From IMG/VR virus record IMGVR_UViG_3300032270_000402, positions 1 through 54,757 of that record: a stretch of 54,757 bases of DNA; one strand, written 5' to 3'. A program made the translations under genes and the position numbers. This document shows, piece after piece, positions 36,310 to 45,503 of the stretch; position 1 is the first letter of the stretch; the number at the start of each line of letters is the position of its first letter. The notes under the pieces were generated by a model that saw only the letters and a program-made list of their open reading frames with translations, was not told where the DNA came from and made no database searches. Source of the stretch: a virus. Taxonomy: Duplodnaviria; Caudoviricetes.

Positions 36310-39027
36310 ATGGGTTACGAATTACAGAAGCTGCAGAATTTATATGGCGTCAGCGATCCGACGTTGAGCTATATGGGCACGGCAATGCCTGTACGTCCAA
36401 CCGCGCCTACGGCATTGAAGTCTGGCGCTACAGCTGATGAGCAGACTGCGTATAACAAATCGATTGATGCATATAACACTGGTTTAGCCAATTACAATAC
36501 CAATTTACCTAAGTATCAAGAAGATCAGAAGCTCTATAATCAGTATCGTGATCTTTATTCTCAGCGTATGCTGGGCACAAAAATGTATGACCCTGCTGCC
36601 AATCGGCAGTTCTTAAGTGGGCCAGTTTACTCTGGCGCAGATGCAAATCTAGCAGCCGCTCCGCGTTACACTCAGAGCGTAATGCCAGCCAGTCAAGAAA
36701 CATTGCCAACTTTAGTTAGCAAGTACGCGACAGCAGGTGTGCCCGCAACAGGCGGCACGACTGATGGTACATTGTCACATGTCACCACAACTCAGGCACA
36801 GGCACAGGCGCAATATGATGCTGATTTAGCGGCCTACTTGAATACGTGGAAAGCTGCGCATCCATCCCCCATATTAGGAGGAACAACCGCTCAAAACGCA
36901 GCTGCAGAAGAATGGAAAGCACAACATCTATTCGGTCAGGGCAATTATGCTTACGGAGCGACAACCAGTGGCACGACTGGAGGCACGACCGGCGGCACGA
37001 CCGGCGGCACGACTGATGGCACATTGTCACACGCTGGAATGACACAGGCGCAAGCGCAGGCATTATATGATGCGGATAAAGCGGCCTTCTTGCAAAATTA
37101 TGGCCTTTACAATCCTGCGCCCAGTACCTCGTCTGTATATATTGCGCCGCAGACGTTGAGATCACAATTAGCAACGTATGGTGCCGCACAAAATCTCGCT
37201 TTAAGTAAGTGGCAGTCACTCAATCCATTTGGCCAAGGTAAATATATTTATACTTCAGCAACCGGTGGCCCTGTCAATCTTGCGCACGGCGGTCTTGCCA
37301 ATTTATCGCACAAGTATGCTGCAAAACAAGGCATGAATGACTTTTTGCATCCTGAAGAGGCCAAGGCGCGACAGGAAGCAGAAGCAAAAGCACCAGCAGA
37401 GGCACAAGCTAAGGCACAAGCAGATGCTGCTGCCGCTGCAGCTGCCGCTCAGCAACCGCCTGCGCAAGTAGAACAACCACCTGCACAAGTGACACCACCA
37501 GAACAAGTCGTTGTCCCACCATTGGGCGGCGTCACGGCAAAGCCTGCCACTCCTGCGCCGGACTTAGGCGCTAATACACCGCTGCCATTGAAGCCTGCGG
37601 TGAGTGCGCCTAATCCTAATGATCCTGTGGTCTCAGCGATTCGCTCAATGCCTACAGGCACGATGACCGCGCCTACAGTATCGACCAATCCATTGGCTGA
37701 CATGTATAGCAAGTATCAGTCAGTTGCCGCTGATCGTAACGCAACAGCCGCTCAGCAACGCTGGCAGGCTGATCGCAATAACTACATCCGTTCAATGTAT
37801 GGTCTAGGTACGTACACGCCTGATGCGGTCACGCAATGGGAAGCACAGAACGTGATCGGGCAGGGCAAATACAAATATGCCACTGGCGGCGCGGTAAAGA
37901 CCAACTATGCGGATGGAGATTCAGTGCAGACAGGGGCCGACACACTGCAGGCAATCATGGACGGATACATGGGCCAACAAGTTGAGCCTGCTGAAATTAA
38001 AACAGCTCGTGAAAAAGCAAATGCAGATACTCAGGCATTTAGTGATTTGCTGACCAAGTCAACTAGCCAAGAATACAAGCCAGATAAATCTGAAATGTAT
38101 TTCCGTTTGGCTGCTGCCTTCTTGACCCCCGGCAAGACTGGGTCTTTTGGCGAGGGTTTGGGACAGGCTGGCGCTGCAATGGCTGACTATACCAAGGGCG
38201 TGCGTGAAGCTAAACAAGCACAAGATCTGCGCAATGTACAATTAGGCTTAGAGGGTCAAAAACTTAAGATGGCAGCATCTAAGGAAGATCTATCTAGTCA
38301 ACTGGCATTGTACAAGCAAGATCAGTCCGACAAGCGCGCCATCATGAGCAAATTGATTGAGCAAGAAATTGCCTCTGGCAAGCCACAAAGTGAGGCGGGC
38401 AAGCAGGCTGCGGATGAGGGATTGACTCCCGGCACTCCTGACTACACGGCGCGAGTTAAAGCAATAGTCAATGAAAAACTTGCAGCAAGTGCTGACAGGC
38501 TCAATGCTACATTAGCTAATTACCAATCTGCTGGCGCATTACGTGATGCCCAACTAACGGCTTTGCTTAAAAAGCAAGGGCAATTGACACCTGCAGAAAT
38601 GCAGCTTAAAGATACGTCTCGTTCTCTGTTAAATTCATATGACCAATCTCTTTCTATGTTGACCAAGGTATACGAATTGAACAAGAACGCTTTTGGTGGC
38701 ACAAAGGCTGAGCAGGGGCAGCGATTGCTGTTAGATCAAACAGGATCAAAAGATCCGAAATTATTGAACACAAAAGAATTGGAAAACTTACTTGGCTTGG
38801 ATACTGTCAATCAGTTAAAAGCAACTTTCGGCGCTCAATTCACTGCAGCGGAAGGTGCCAAGTTGGAAGCATTGCGCGGTATCAACGCAAAGACAACCGA
38901 AGAACGACGTCGAATCATTATGGATGCTTACCAGTTGCTGAAAGACAAAAAGGCGCGCGAAGAGCAGCACTTTAATGATATTAGCCAAGGCCTCTATTCC
39001 AGAATTGACCAGCCGGAACTTCAATAA
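36310..39027 (+). CDS. Internal virion/ejection protein with internal repeats and AxGG motifs
   Basis: Three W....FGQG.Y.Y repeats, a duplicated GGTTDGTLSH block, AAFLTPGKTGSFGEGLG and a helical C-terminus. Confidence 0.6.
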   Translation: MGYELQKLQNLYGVSDPTLSYMGTAMPVRPTAPTALKSGATADEQTAYNKSIDAYNTGLANYNTNLPKYQEDQKLYNQYRDLYSQRMLGTKMYDPAANRQFLSGPVYSGADANLAAAPRYTQSVMPASQETLPTLVSKYATAGVPATGGTTDGTLSHVTTTQAQAQAQYDADLAAYLNTWKAAHPSPILGGTTAQNAAAEEWKAQHLFGQGNYAYGATTSGTTGGTTGGTTGGTTDGTLSHAGMTQAQAQALYDADKAAFLQNYGLYNPAPSTSSVYIAPQTLRSQLATYGAAQNLALSKWQSLNPFGQGKYIYTSATGGPVNLAHGGLANLSHKYAAKQGMNDFLHPEEAKARQEAEAKAPAEAQAKAQADAAAAAAAAQQPPAQVEQPPAQVTPPEQVVVPPLGGVTAKPATPAPDLGANTPLPLKPAVSAPNPNDPVVSAIRSMPTGTMTAPTVSTNPLADMYSKYQSVAADRNATAAQQRWQADRNNYIRSMYGLGTYTPDAVTQWEAQNVIGQGKYKYATGGAVKTNYADGDSVQTGADTLQAIMDGYMGQQVEPAEIKTAREKANADTQAFSDLLTKSTSQEYKPDKSEMYFRLAAAFLTPGKTGSFGEGLGQAGAAMADYTKGVREAKQAQDLRNVQLGLEGQKLKMAASKEDLSSQLALYKQDQSDKRAIMSKLIEQEIASGKPQSEAGKQAADEGLTPGTPDYTARVKAIVNEKLAASADRLNATLANYQSAGALRDAQLTALLKKQGQLTPAEMQLKDTSRSLLNSYDQSLSMLTKVYELNKNAFGGTKAEQGQRLLLDQTGSKDPKLLNTKELENLLGLDTVNQLKATFGAQFTAAEGAKLEALRGINAKTTEERRRIIMDAYQLLKDKKAREEQHFNDISQGLYSRIDQPELQ
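36970..37022 (+). repeat. 12-bp tandem repeat (GGCACGACYGRH x 4.4)
   Basis: Encodes GTTG/GTTD units. Confidence 0.85.
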
Positions 39028-41072
39028 TGGCCGATAACGCATTAAATGCTGCACGAGCCCTGATCGAACAGGGCTTGTTGATGGGATGGGGCGATGAGGC
39101 CGAAGCTAAATTGCGCTCAATGTTCGGCGATGAGACTTATGACGCCGCGCTTAAAGACATTAGTAAAAGTTATGGCCAGTTTGCCGAAGATCATGGCATC
39201 GTGCAGTCTGGGCTGGAATTTGCTGGTGGCGCGTTACCAACTGTAGCGGCCGTATTGGCTGATCCATTCACGGGCGGTGCGACTACCCCAGTGGCGGCTG
39301 CAGGGGCGGCGCGCTCAGCCGGTGCGTTGGGTCGATTGGTACGTAGCCCAATAACTCGTCGTGTGGCCGCAGGAGCAGGCGTTGGTGCTGCGACCGGTGC
39401 CGTATCTGGCGCAGGTAGCGCCACGCCAGAGATACGCGCAGAGGGCGCCACAAGCGGTGCATTGATGGGCGGTGTATTGGGTGGGGCTATTCCACTTGTC
39501 GCGCCTACTGCAGGTGCAGTGACACGATGGGCTAAAGAGCGTCTGTTACCAAGCGCAGAAGATGCAATCAATGCGGCTGCCCGTAAGCTCCAGCAGGCGC
39601 TACAACGGTCTGACATGACCACTGGTGATATTCGATCTATCATGATGGAAGATGCCAATCGTGGTATTCCTTCAACGATTGCCAATGTCTCTCCCGCTAC
39701 CGCCAAGCTAACAGAAGCAGTGGCGCAGCGCACTGGTGCCGGGGCTGAACAAATTGCAACAGACTTGGCAGAACAGCGCGCAGGTACCGCAGAGCGTGTG
39801 GTTCAGAAGGTGCGTTCTGGCATCGGTAAGGGCGGTGATTACTATGGAACCGAATCAAAGATGATGGAATCCATGCGTAAAAATGCCAACAAGCTTTATG
39901 ATGACGCCTACAGCATGGGATCTGTTAATGACCCGATGATCAATCAAATTCTTGAGCATCCAAAGTTCAAAGAATTTTATGATGAAGCGCGCAAGATTGC
40001 TGATGCTGATGCTTTGAATGAGCAATTAAGCGGCGGTGATCCTGCCAAGTTTCAATTGCAACAAATTTTTACTGTAGCGCCAGACGGCTCTACGGTTAGA
40101 ACGTCATTGCCTGATGTACGTACATTAGATTACATCAAGCGTGGCATGGATGCGTACATTGACAAGGGATATAAAGGAGCAAATCCATTAAGCACGCAAG
40201 AGGCACGGTCATTGCGCGAGACGCGCAGGCTATTTGTTAATGCGATTGATAATGCAACCATTGATCCTAAAACCGGTGTATCACCCTATCAACTCGCGCG
40301 CCAGAAATATTCAGGTGATCTTGAAACGCTTGATGCATTGCATATGGGGATGGATGATTTTCAAAAGTTAGATCATGAAGAAATTGCCAAGCTTGTATCT
40401 GGCATGAGCAACAATGAACAAGATGCATTCAAGACAGGTGTAGTGCGCAATATACTGGGCACAATATGGAGCAAGAAAAATCCATATAACGCTGCACGAG
40501 ATGTCATTGGCTCACCTGAAATGCAGGCAAAGTTAAAAGTGATGTTCCCCAGCAGTGGGCATTTCAATTTATTCAAAGCCGCTTTGCAGCGTGAATCTCA
40601 ATTGTTTGAACAGTCAAACAAGATATTGGGCGGATCTGCCACAGCACTGCGCAATCAAATGAAGCAAGACCTAGAGTCAGGCCCAGCGTTGTCATCTGCT
40701 ATTGCCGATACGATCACGGGCGGCCCTTGGACATCATTAACCAATCTTGTGATGAGAATGACTAGAGCAACACAAATGTCAGAAGAAGTGGCTGATAAGC
40801 TGGCAGGCATGTTGATGTCAAAGGATCCGCATGAAGTGGCCGCAGTTGTTAAAATTTTGGATGACTTTGATAAACAAGCGGCGCCACGCGCGCAAAAGTT
40901 TAATGCAGCAACCGCTGGCACAATTAGCGGCGCGGCAACAGCAATGCCAGTTGCACCGGCCAGTGAGCGTGATCAATCCACGATTGAATCTGCATCACAG
41001 GCACCAATGATGCCGTCAAATAGTACGATTGAAGATGACATTGCCGCTATGGAGCAAAACAATGGCCGATAA
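39027..41072 (+). CDS. Internal virion/DNA transfer protein
   Basis: QGLLMGWGDE, G/A-rich membrane helices, LDYIKR..D, Y..AR..Y, GGSATA. Confidence 0.6.
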   Translation: MADNALNAARALIEQGLLMGWGDEAEAKLRSMFGDETYDAALKDISKSYGQFAEDHGIVQSGLEFAGGALPTVAAVLADPFTGGATTPVAAAGAARSAGALGRLVRSPITRRVAAGAGVGAATGAVSGAGSATPEIRAEGATSGALMGGVLGGAIPLVAPTAGAVTRWAKERLLPSAEDAINAAARKLQQALQRSDMTTGDIRSIMMEDANRGIPSTIANVSPATAKLTEAVAQRTGAGAEQIATDLAEQRAGTAERVVQKVRSGIGKGGDYYGTESKMMESMRKNANKLYDDAYSMGSVNDPMINQILEHPKFKEFYDEARKIADADALNEQLSGGDPAKFQLQQIFTVAPDGSTVRTSLPDVRTLDYIKRGMDAYIDKGYKGANPLSTQEARSLRETRRLFVNAIDNATIDPKTGVSPYQLARQKYSGDLETLDALHMGMDDFQKLDHEEIAKLVSGMSNNEQDAFKTGVVRNILGTIWSKKNPYNAARDVIGSPEMQAKLKVMFPSSGHFNLFKAALQRESQLFEQSNKILGGSATALRNQMKQDLESGPALSSAIADTITGGPWTSLTNLVMRMTRATQMSEEVADKLAGMLMSKDPHEVAAVVKILDDFDKQAAPRAQKFNAATAGTISGAATAMPVAPASERDQSTIESASQAPMMPSNSTIEDDIAAMEQNNGR

Positions 41073-42750
41073 AAAACGCACTTTTAGCCAAAGATCAAAA
41101 GACATTGGTTTGGACAACTTGCTTTATGAAAGTGCCCGCGAACGCCAGCAGCGTATGGAAGAAGATGCGCTGGGAGCGGTGAGCGTACAGCAAACGCCAG
41201 AGACACAAGAAATAGAAAAGAATCTTGGAATTGGATTGTCTCGCCTGCCAATGCGCATGTTGGGCGCGCCCGTAGATATGTATACATCGCAGGGGTTGGA
41301 GACACTTGGCGCCAATCAAGAAGACCGCCGCCCTGTTATGGGCAGTGACTGGTTGATTGATCAGGCCATTAAGTATCGATTGGCGCCAGAGCGCACAGGT
41401 AGTATTGCAGAGTCAGTGGGTGATATTGCAGGGTCATTATTCAGCCCATCTAGCGAACTAAGAGCTGTTGCTCCATTAGGTAAAGTATTAAAAGCAGGAA
41501 AAGCCGCAAAAGCCGCGAAACAGATTGCAGAAGATGAAATTGAGCTGGTGTCGCCAAATGCGGCCACTGAGTTATTGCGCTCAGGCACCATCAAGCCAAC
41601 AGTATCTGATCCGATGCGTATCGCATTCCCAGATATTTACATGAACCCACGGGACTTGGTCGCCAAGGCTAACGTGGCACCAGAAAATCCATTGATGCAG
41701 CAGCTCTTTGGCGTGACGCGCAGAGACTTATTCGATATAGCTCAAGAAGGACAGCGCAAAGGTAATATCACAGAGCGCCCATTCGAGGCCGCTGCAAAGG
41801 CAAAGGGCGCGCGCATAGCTCCGCAGATCATGACTCCAGAGAATGAGCAGCGTCTACAAGACATTATCGCTGAATCCAAGCTCCGCCCAGATCTGTATGA
41901 AGGCATGGCCTCTTGGTACACGATGGATCCATTGTACGAGCTGTTTAAGCAGTACCATGGCGAGAACGCTCCAGAGATGTACCGTAAGTTCAACACGCTC
42001 ACCGGTATGGCATCGCCGGGCTCTGAGGTGCTGACAGAATTAAATCGCGGCACCGCCGCAAACTGGCTTGCCAATCAAGGTCGTTTTGAAGACTTCATTA
42101 AGTACGGCGGCAAGGCTACAAAAGGCGGCAGACGCAGACCAAAAGACCTGAGCGCCATCATGGGTCACCCATATCACAGCACCGCTCAAGCAGGCCCAAT
42201 GGAGGTATATCTAGAGACTGGCGAGCCACAGATGAAGTCTGCAAAGGTGCCTAGCTATATTGCCGCATCTAGCGTACCAGAGCTTGGATTCCAGACAGAA
42301 TGGCCGGTGGGCGACGCGCACTGGTCTAGGCTCGTTGGCCTGCCAGACGTTCGCGGCACAGCAAAGCGTAAAGGCAAGGAAGTGATACCGGGCGCCAGCG
42401 CCACAGTGCCTGAGATGGTCTCGCTTGCGCCTTGGTGGAAAGAAAAGATTGCTTCGAAAATGGGCCTAGAGTCTGTTCCAGCTCAGGCCATTGTATGGGG
42501 CGCAGGCTCACACGCCACTGGCGTGACGTCACCTATTGGCGCCACCAAGTTAGAGCTATTAGCTCAGCAGATTGGCAAGGCGGCTGATCGTATGGGCGTC
42601 TCTCCAGAGACTGCCCGCGACTTAATTATCGCGGGCAAGGCGCATGCAGGGTTTGCTGATCCTGCGCTACTGGGGACGCTTGGCGCAACTGGCGGCCTTG
42701 GCGCTTTGGCTTACAAGTACCTTTCGCCTGACGAAGACGAGACTGAATAA
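41062..42750 (+). CDS. Protein with HhH-GPD glycosylase-like (DUF7178-like) domain
   Basis: GGAG RBS; SWY...ASPG...AKVPSY...PVGDAHWSR...IASKMGL..VPAQAIVW. Confidence 0.5.
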   Translation: MADKKRTFSQRSKDIGLDNLLYESARERQQRMEEDALGAVSVQQTPETQEIEKNLGIGLSRLPMRMLGAPVDMYTSQGLETLGANQEDRRPVMGSDWLIDQAIKYRLAPERTGSIAESVGDIAGSLFSPSSELRAVAPLGKVLKAGKAAKAAKQIAEDEIELVSPNAATELLRSGTIKPTVSDPMRIAFPDIYMNPRDLVAKANVAPENPLMQQLFGVTRRDLFDIAQEGQRKGNITERPFEAAAKAKGARIAPQIMTPENEQRLQDIIAESKLRPDLYEGMASWYTMDPLYELFKQYHGENAPEMYRKFNTLTGMASPGSEVLTELNRGTAANWLANQGRFEDFIKYGGKATKGGRRRPKDLSAIMGHPYHSTAQAGPMEVYLETGEPQMKSAKVPSYIAASSVPELGFQTEWPVGDAHWSRLVGLPDVRGTAKRKGKEVIPGASATVPEMVSLAPWWKEKIASKMGLESVPAQAIVWGAGSHATGVTSPIGATKLELLAQQIGKAADRMGVSPETARDLIIAGKAHAGFADPALLGTLGATGGLGALAYKYLSPDEDETE

Positions 42751-42871
42751 AGTCCTCCACGGCGTCAATTGCCTCATGAGCGGTCATAGTCTCACCGGTC
42801 TCTGCCTCGCAGTTATCGGTGAGCTCTCGCAACTCATCAAGCATTTTCTGTACCGCACGTAGCTCGTTCAT
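42626..42871 (-). CDS. Hypothetical protein
   Basis: Coupled to the upstream - strand ORF; its 3' end overlaps the convergent gene by 125 nt. Confidence 0.45.
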   Translation of the reverse strand: MNELRAVQKMLDELRELTDNCEAETGETMTAHEAIDAVEDFIQSRLRQAKGTCKPKRQGRQLRQASPVAQDQQTLHAPCPR

Positions 42872-43074
42872 TTCCGTACCCTCTTAAGCATCGCCTTCAG
42901 CCTGCCCTTTAGATCAAGCGCGTCAAGCACAGCGCCACGGCTGGCCTTCAGCCTGTTCCGCTCTGCCTCAAGGTCTTCTACACGACGCAGTAGCGCCGCG
43001 ATCTGATTACGCAGGCGCTCGTTCTCACGTAGCGCGCTGTCATACACTGCCCTATAGGCATCTGTCTTACTCAT
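42868..43074 (-). CDS. Hypothetical coiled-coil protein
   Basis: ATGA-coupled chain of ORFs. Confidence 0.65.
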   Translation of the reverse strand: MSKTDAYRAVYDSALRENERLRNQIAALLRRVEDLEAERNRLKASRGAVLDALDLKGRLKAMLKRVRK

Positions 43075-43145
43075 AGTCTATCCCACAGTTGCATCATTAC
43101 CACGATCACCACAAAGGCAATCAGAATAGTCTGCAGCGGCGTCAT
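43071..43145 (-). CDS. 24-aa membrane peptide
   Basis: MTPLQTILIAFVVIVVMMQLWDRL; GAGGT RBS; ATGA overlaps on both sides. Confidence 0.55.
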   Translation of the reverse strand: MTPLQTILIAFVVIVVMMQLWDRL

Positions 43146-43279
43146 AACAGGCACCTCACCGCAGGACTCACCAGTATATATAGCGTCTGCAGCACCGCGC
43201 CAACGAATGCGACAATGCATCCGATGATGACAATGTCCACGACAAAATCCATGATCTTGTCCTTAGTCTCGGTTTTCAT
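43142..43279 (-). CDS. 45-aa membrane protein
   Basis: MKTETKDKIMDFVVDIVIIGCIVAFVGAVLQTLYILVSPAVRCLL; GAGG RBS; ATGA overlaps. Confidence 0.6.
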   Translation of the reverse strand: MKTETKDKIMDFVVDIVIIGCIVAFVGAVLQTLYILVSPAVRCLL

Positions 43280-43596
43280 ACTGCTTCCTCAACATTGTAT
43301 AGTTGCTCGGCGTTTTCAACGGCAAGCACTGCATTGATGGCATTCGATAACGAACCCAACAACCCGTCATATTCTTGAAATATGATACCACCGCCATATT
43401 TTTTGTTGTGGTACTTACGACCACCCCATTGACGTGATCGAGCCAAAGCAATCTCATACTTGCGGCTCAAGTCCCATCCATAGCCATATTGGCTACGTTC
43501 CCAATCCGTCAGCAAGTTTAAGAAATGTACGGCAAACCGTGGGTTGCCATTTACGTCATTCTTTTGGCGGGTAAAGTCGGTGGCTTCAACAGTCAT
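43276..43596 (-). CDS. Phage protein of unknown function (106 aa)
   Basis: GGAG RBS; NDVNGNPRFAVHF...GGRKYHNKKYGGGIIFQ motif. Confidence 0.75.
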   Translation of the reverse strand: MTVEATDFTRQKNDVNGNPRFAVHFLNLLTDWERSQYGYGWDLSRKYEIALARSRQWGGRKYHNKKYGGGIIFQEYDGLLGSLSNAINAVLAVENAEQLYNVEEAV

Positions 43597-43630
43597 TTCA
43601 GTACTCCGGTCAGTTGTGGTCGATGGAGAA

Positions 43631-43677
43631 ATTCTGCCAGCGACCACGTCCAAAGTCACGAAACGAATTGTCAAGAA
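43631..43677 (-). promoter_or_regulatory. Promoter with conserved upstream box (copy 2)
   Basis: On the - strand: TTCTTGACAATTCGTTTC, then GTGACT-N17-CAGAAT with an extended -10 TG. Confidence 0.65.
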
Positions 43678-43680
43678 ATG

Positions 43681-43887
43681 TCAAAAAGGCACCTCATTGA
43701 ATGTCCACGACAGGCAACCATTTTCCAGCACGTCAGGCGGCGGCAAATGATCGCCCGCTAGTTTACAGCCAATCCCAGTAAAATACTCGCAGTGCTGGCA
43801 GCTGGTGTTGATGCTTTCCAGCATGTTCAACTCCAGCTTTAGCTCAGTGATGCGCGCCACAATTTCAGACTTAATTTTCGGTATCAT
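43681..43887 (-). CDS. Small Cys-rich protein
   Basis: CQHCEY...C...PP.....GC..W...VPF; coupled to the helicase. Confidence 0.7.
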   Translation of the reverse strand: MIPKIKSEIVARITELKLELNMLESINTSCQHCEYFTGIGCKLAGDHLPPPDVLENGCLSWTFNEVPF

Positions 43888-45500
43888 CGCACGGCTCCTC
43901 GTAATGCTTGCTCTTCATCCAACTCTATATCAACAACCTTCCAGTACTTACCATCTGGCCTGACCAGTATCTTTACAGGCGACGGTATACGCCCCACACA
44001 GGACACCTTGTACGCCTCATCGACTGTCTTTGGGCACATCATCCCCCTGCGCCAGAACCACGTCACGGCGTGTTTACGGACGAATGGGCGCGGGTCTTCA
44101 ATTGGCACAAACTCCTCATAGGTCTTGAGCCCGGAGAAATAGGTCACGCGCAATGTCGGCGGGCGGTCTGCCTTGCGGTGTATACGGTACAGTGTGTCAC
44201 TAACAGAGCGCCAGATCGGTTCGTGCTTCATTGCCGCGACAATCACCCCATCGGCCGCCTCGGTGCCGTGCGTCTCACGCTCAGGCTCAGGGAACAGGTG
44301 CCCGCAGCCCGGACACTCCCGCACCGACACCGTAACAAGTTCATGACAATTTGAGCATTCCTTTACGGGTGCCACTGAAATCTCGCTCTTGCCGCGTTTC
44401 TTTTTGATCTTGATCTGATCAATTGGCCCGTGCCGCTCGATATTGCCCGCAAAGTCAAGCACCAGCGTGTTGGCCTTCTTGCCATCGTTACGCAATCCAC
44501 GGCCCAGTGTCTGCACGTACAGGCCTGTGGACTTCGTCGGGCGAAGCAGCACGATGCAGTCAATGGATGGGAAGTCGAAGCCGGTGGTGAGCAGCATCGC
44601 ATTAAAAAGGTAGCGGATCTTGCCCGACTTGAACGCGTTGATTTTGGCGTCACGCTCGGTGGCGTTCATCTCACCCGTGACATAGTCAGCCTTCCAGCCG
44701 CGTGCCTGTGCAAATTCTGCGCAGCGTCTGGAGTGCTCAATACCCGTGCAGAAGCCAAGCACATGCTCGCGATCGTGCGCGTACTGAGCGATCTCATTGA
44801 GCGCGCCATCGATCAGCTCGTCCTTGTCCATCGCATCCTGCAGCTCGCTCTCAATGTACTCACCGCCTCGCGTGTGCACGTCGGACAGATCCGCCTTGGT
44901 GACGCCATTCTTGGCCACCAAAGGGCACAGGAAGCCGTCATTGATGAGCTGACCCACCTCAGCCTCATAGGCTATGTCGGTGAAGATGCGCTCCTTGCCG
45001 TCGATCAGAAGCCCGCTGTCCATGCGGTACGGCGTCGCGGTCAAGCCAATGACCTTAAGATGCGGCGCGTATGATTTTAGGCCTGCGATGAAGCGGCCGT
45101 ACATCGTGTCAGAATTCTTGCTGAGCAGGTGCGCCTCGTCGATGATCACAAGATCCGTGCCTGAAAAGGTGGCGGGCAGGCGGTGGATAGACTGAATCCC
45201 GGCAACTGTAATCTGTGCCTGTTCCTTCTTACCCACGCCCGCCGACCATACTCCAACCGGTGCCTCTGGCCAGTAGCGTTTAATTGCGCTCACGTCTTGG
45301 ATGATTAGCTCCTTGACGTGAGTGAGGACGATGATTCTCGTCGTGGGGTACTGTTCCAGCGCCCCCTTAATAAATGCTGCCAGCGTGAGACTCTTACCCG
45401 CGCCAGTTGGCAATACGATCAATGGATTGCCATCCTGCGTCGCGAAGTAATCATAGACGGCTTGTACAGCCGACTGTTGATAGGGTCGAAGTGTTACCAT
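43884..45500 (-). CDS. Superfamily 2 DNA helicase (RadD/YejH-like) with zinc finger
   Basis: LRPYQ, PTGAGKS, DEAH, GLTATP, TTGFD.P, Q..GRGLR, CSNC..CPGC. Confidence 0.92.
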   Translation of the reverse strand: MVTLRPYQQSAVQAVYDYFATQDGNPLIVLPTGAGKSLTLAAFIKGALEQYPTTRIIVLTHVKELIIQDVSAIKRYWPEAPVGVWSAGVGKKEQAQITVAGIQSIHRLPATFSGTDLVIIDEAHLLSKNSDTMYGRFIAGLKSYAPHLKVIGLTATPYRMDSGLLIDGKERIFTDIAYEAEVGQLINDGFLCPLVAKNGVTKADLSDVHTRGGEYIESELQDAMDKDELIDGALNEIAQYAHDREHVLGFCTGIEHSRRCAEFAQARGWKADYVTGEMNATERDAKINAFKSGKIRYLFNAMLLTTGFDFPSIDCIVLLRPTKSTGLYVQTLGRGLRNDGKKANTLVLDFAGNIERHGPIDQIKIKKKRGKSEISVAPVKECSNCHELVTVSVRECPGCGHLFPEPERETHGTEAADGVIVAAMKHEPIWRSVSDTLYRIHRKADRPPTLRVTYFSGLKTYEEFVPIEDPRPFVRKHAVTWFWRRGMMCPKTVDEAYKVSCVGRIPSPVKILVRPDGKYWKVVDIELDEEQALRGAVR

Positions 45501-45503
45501 TTT

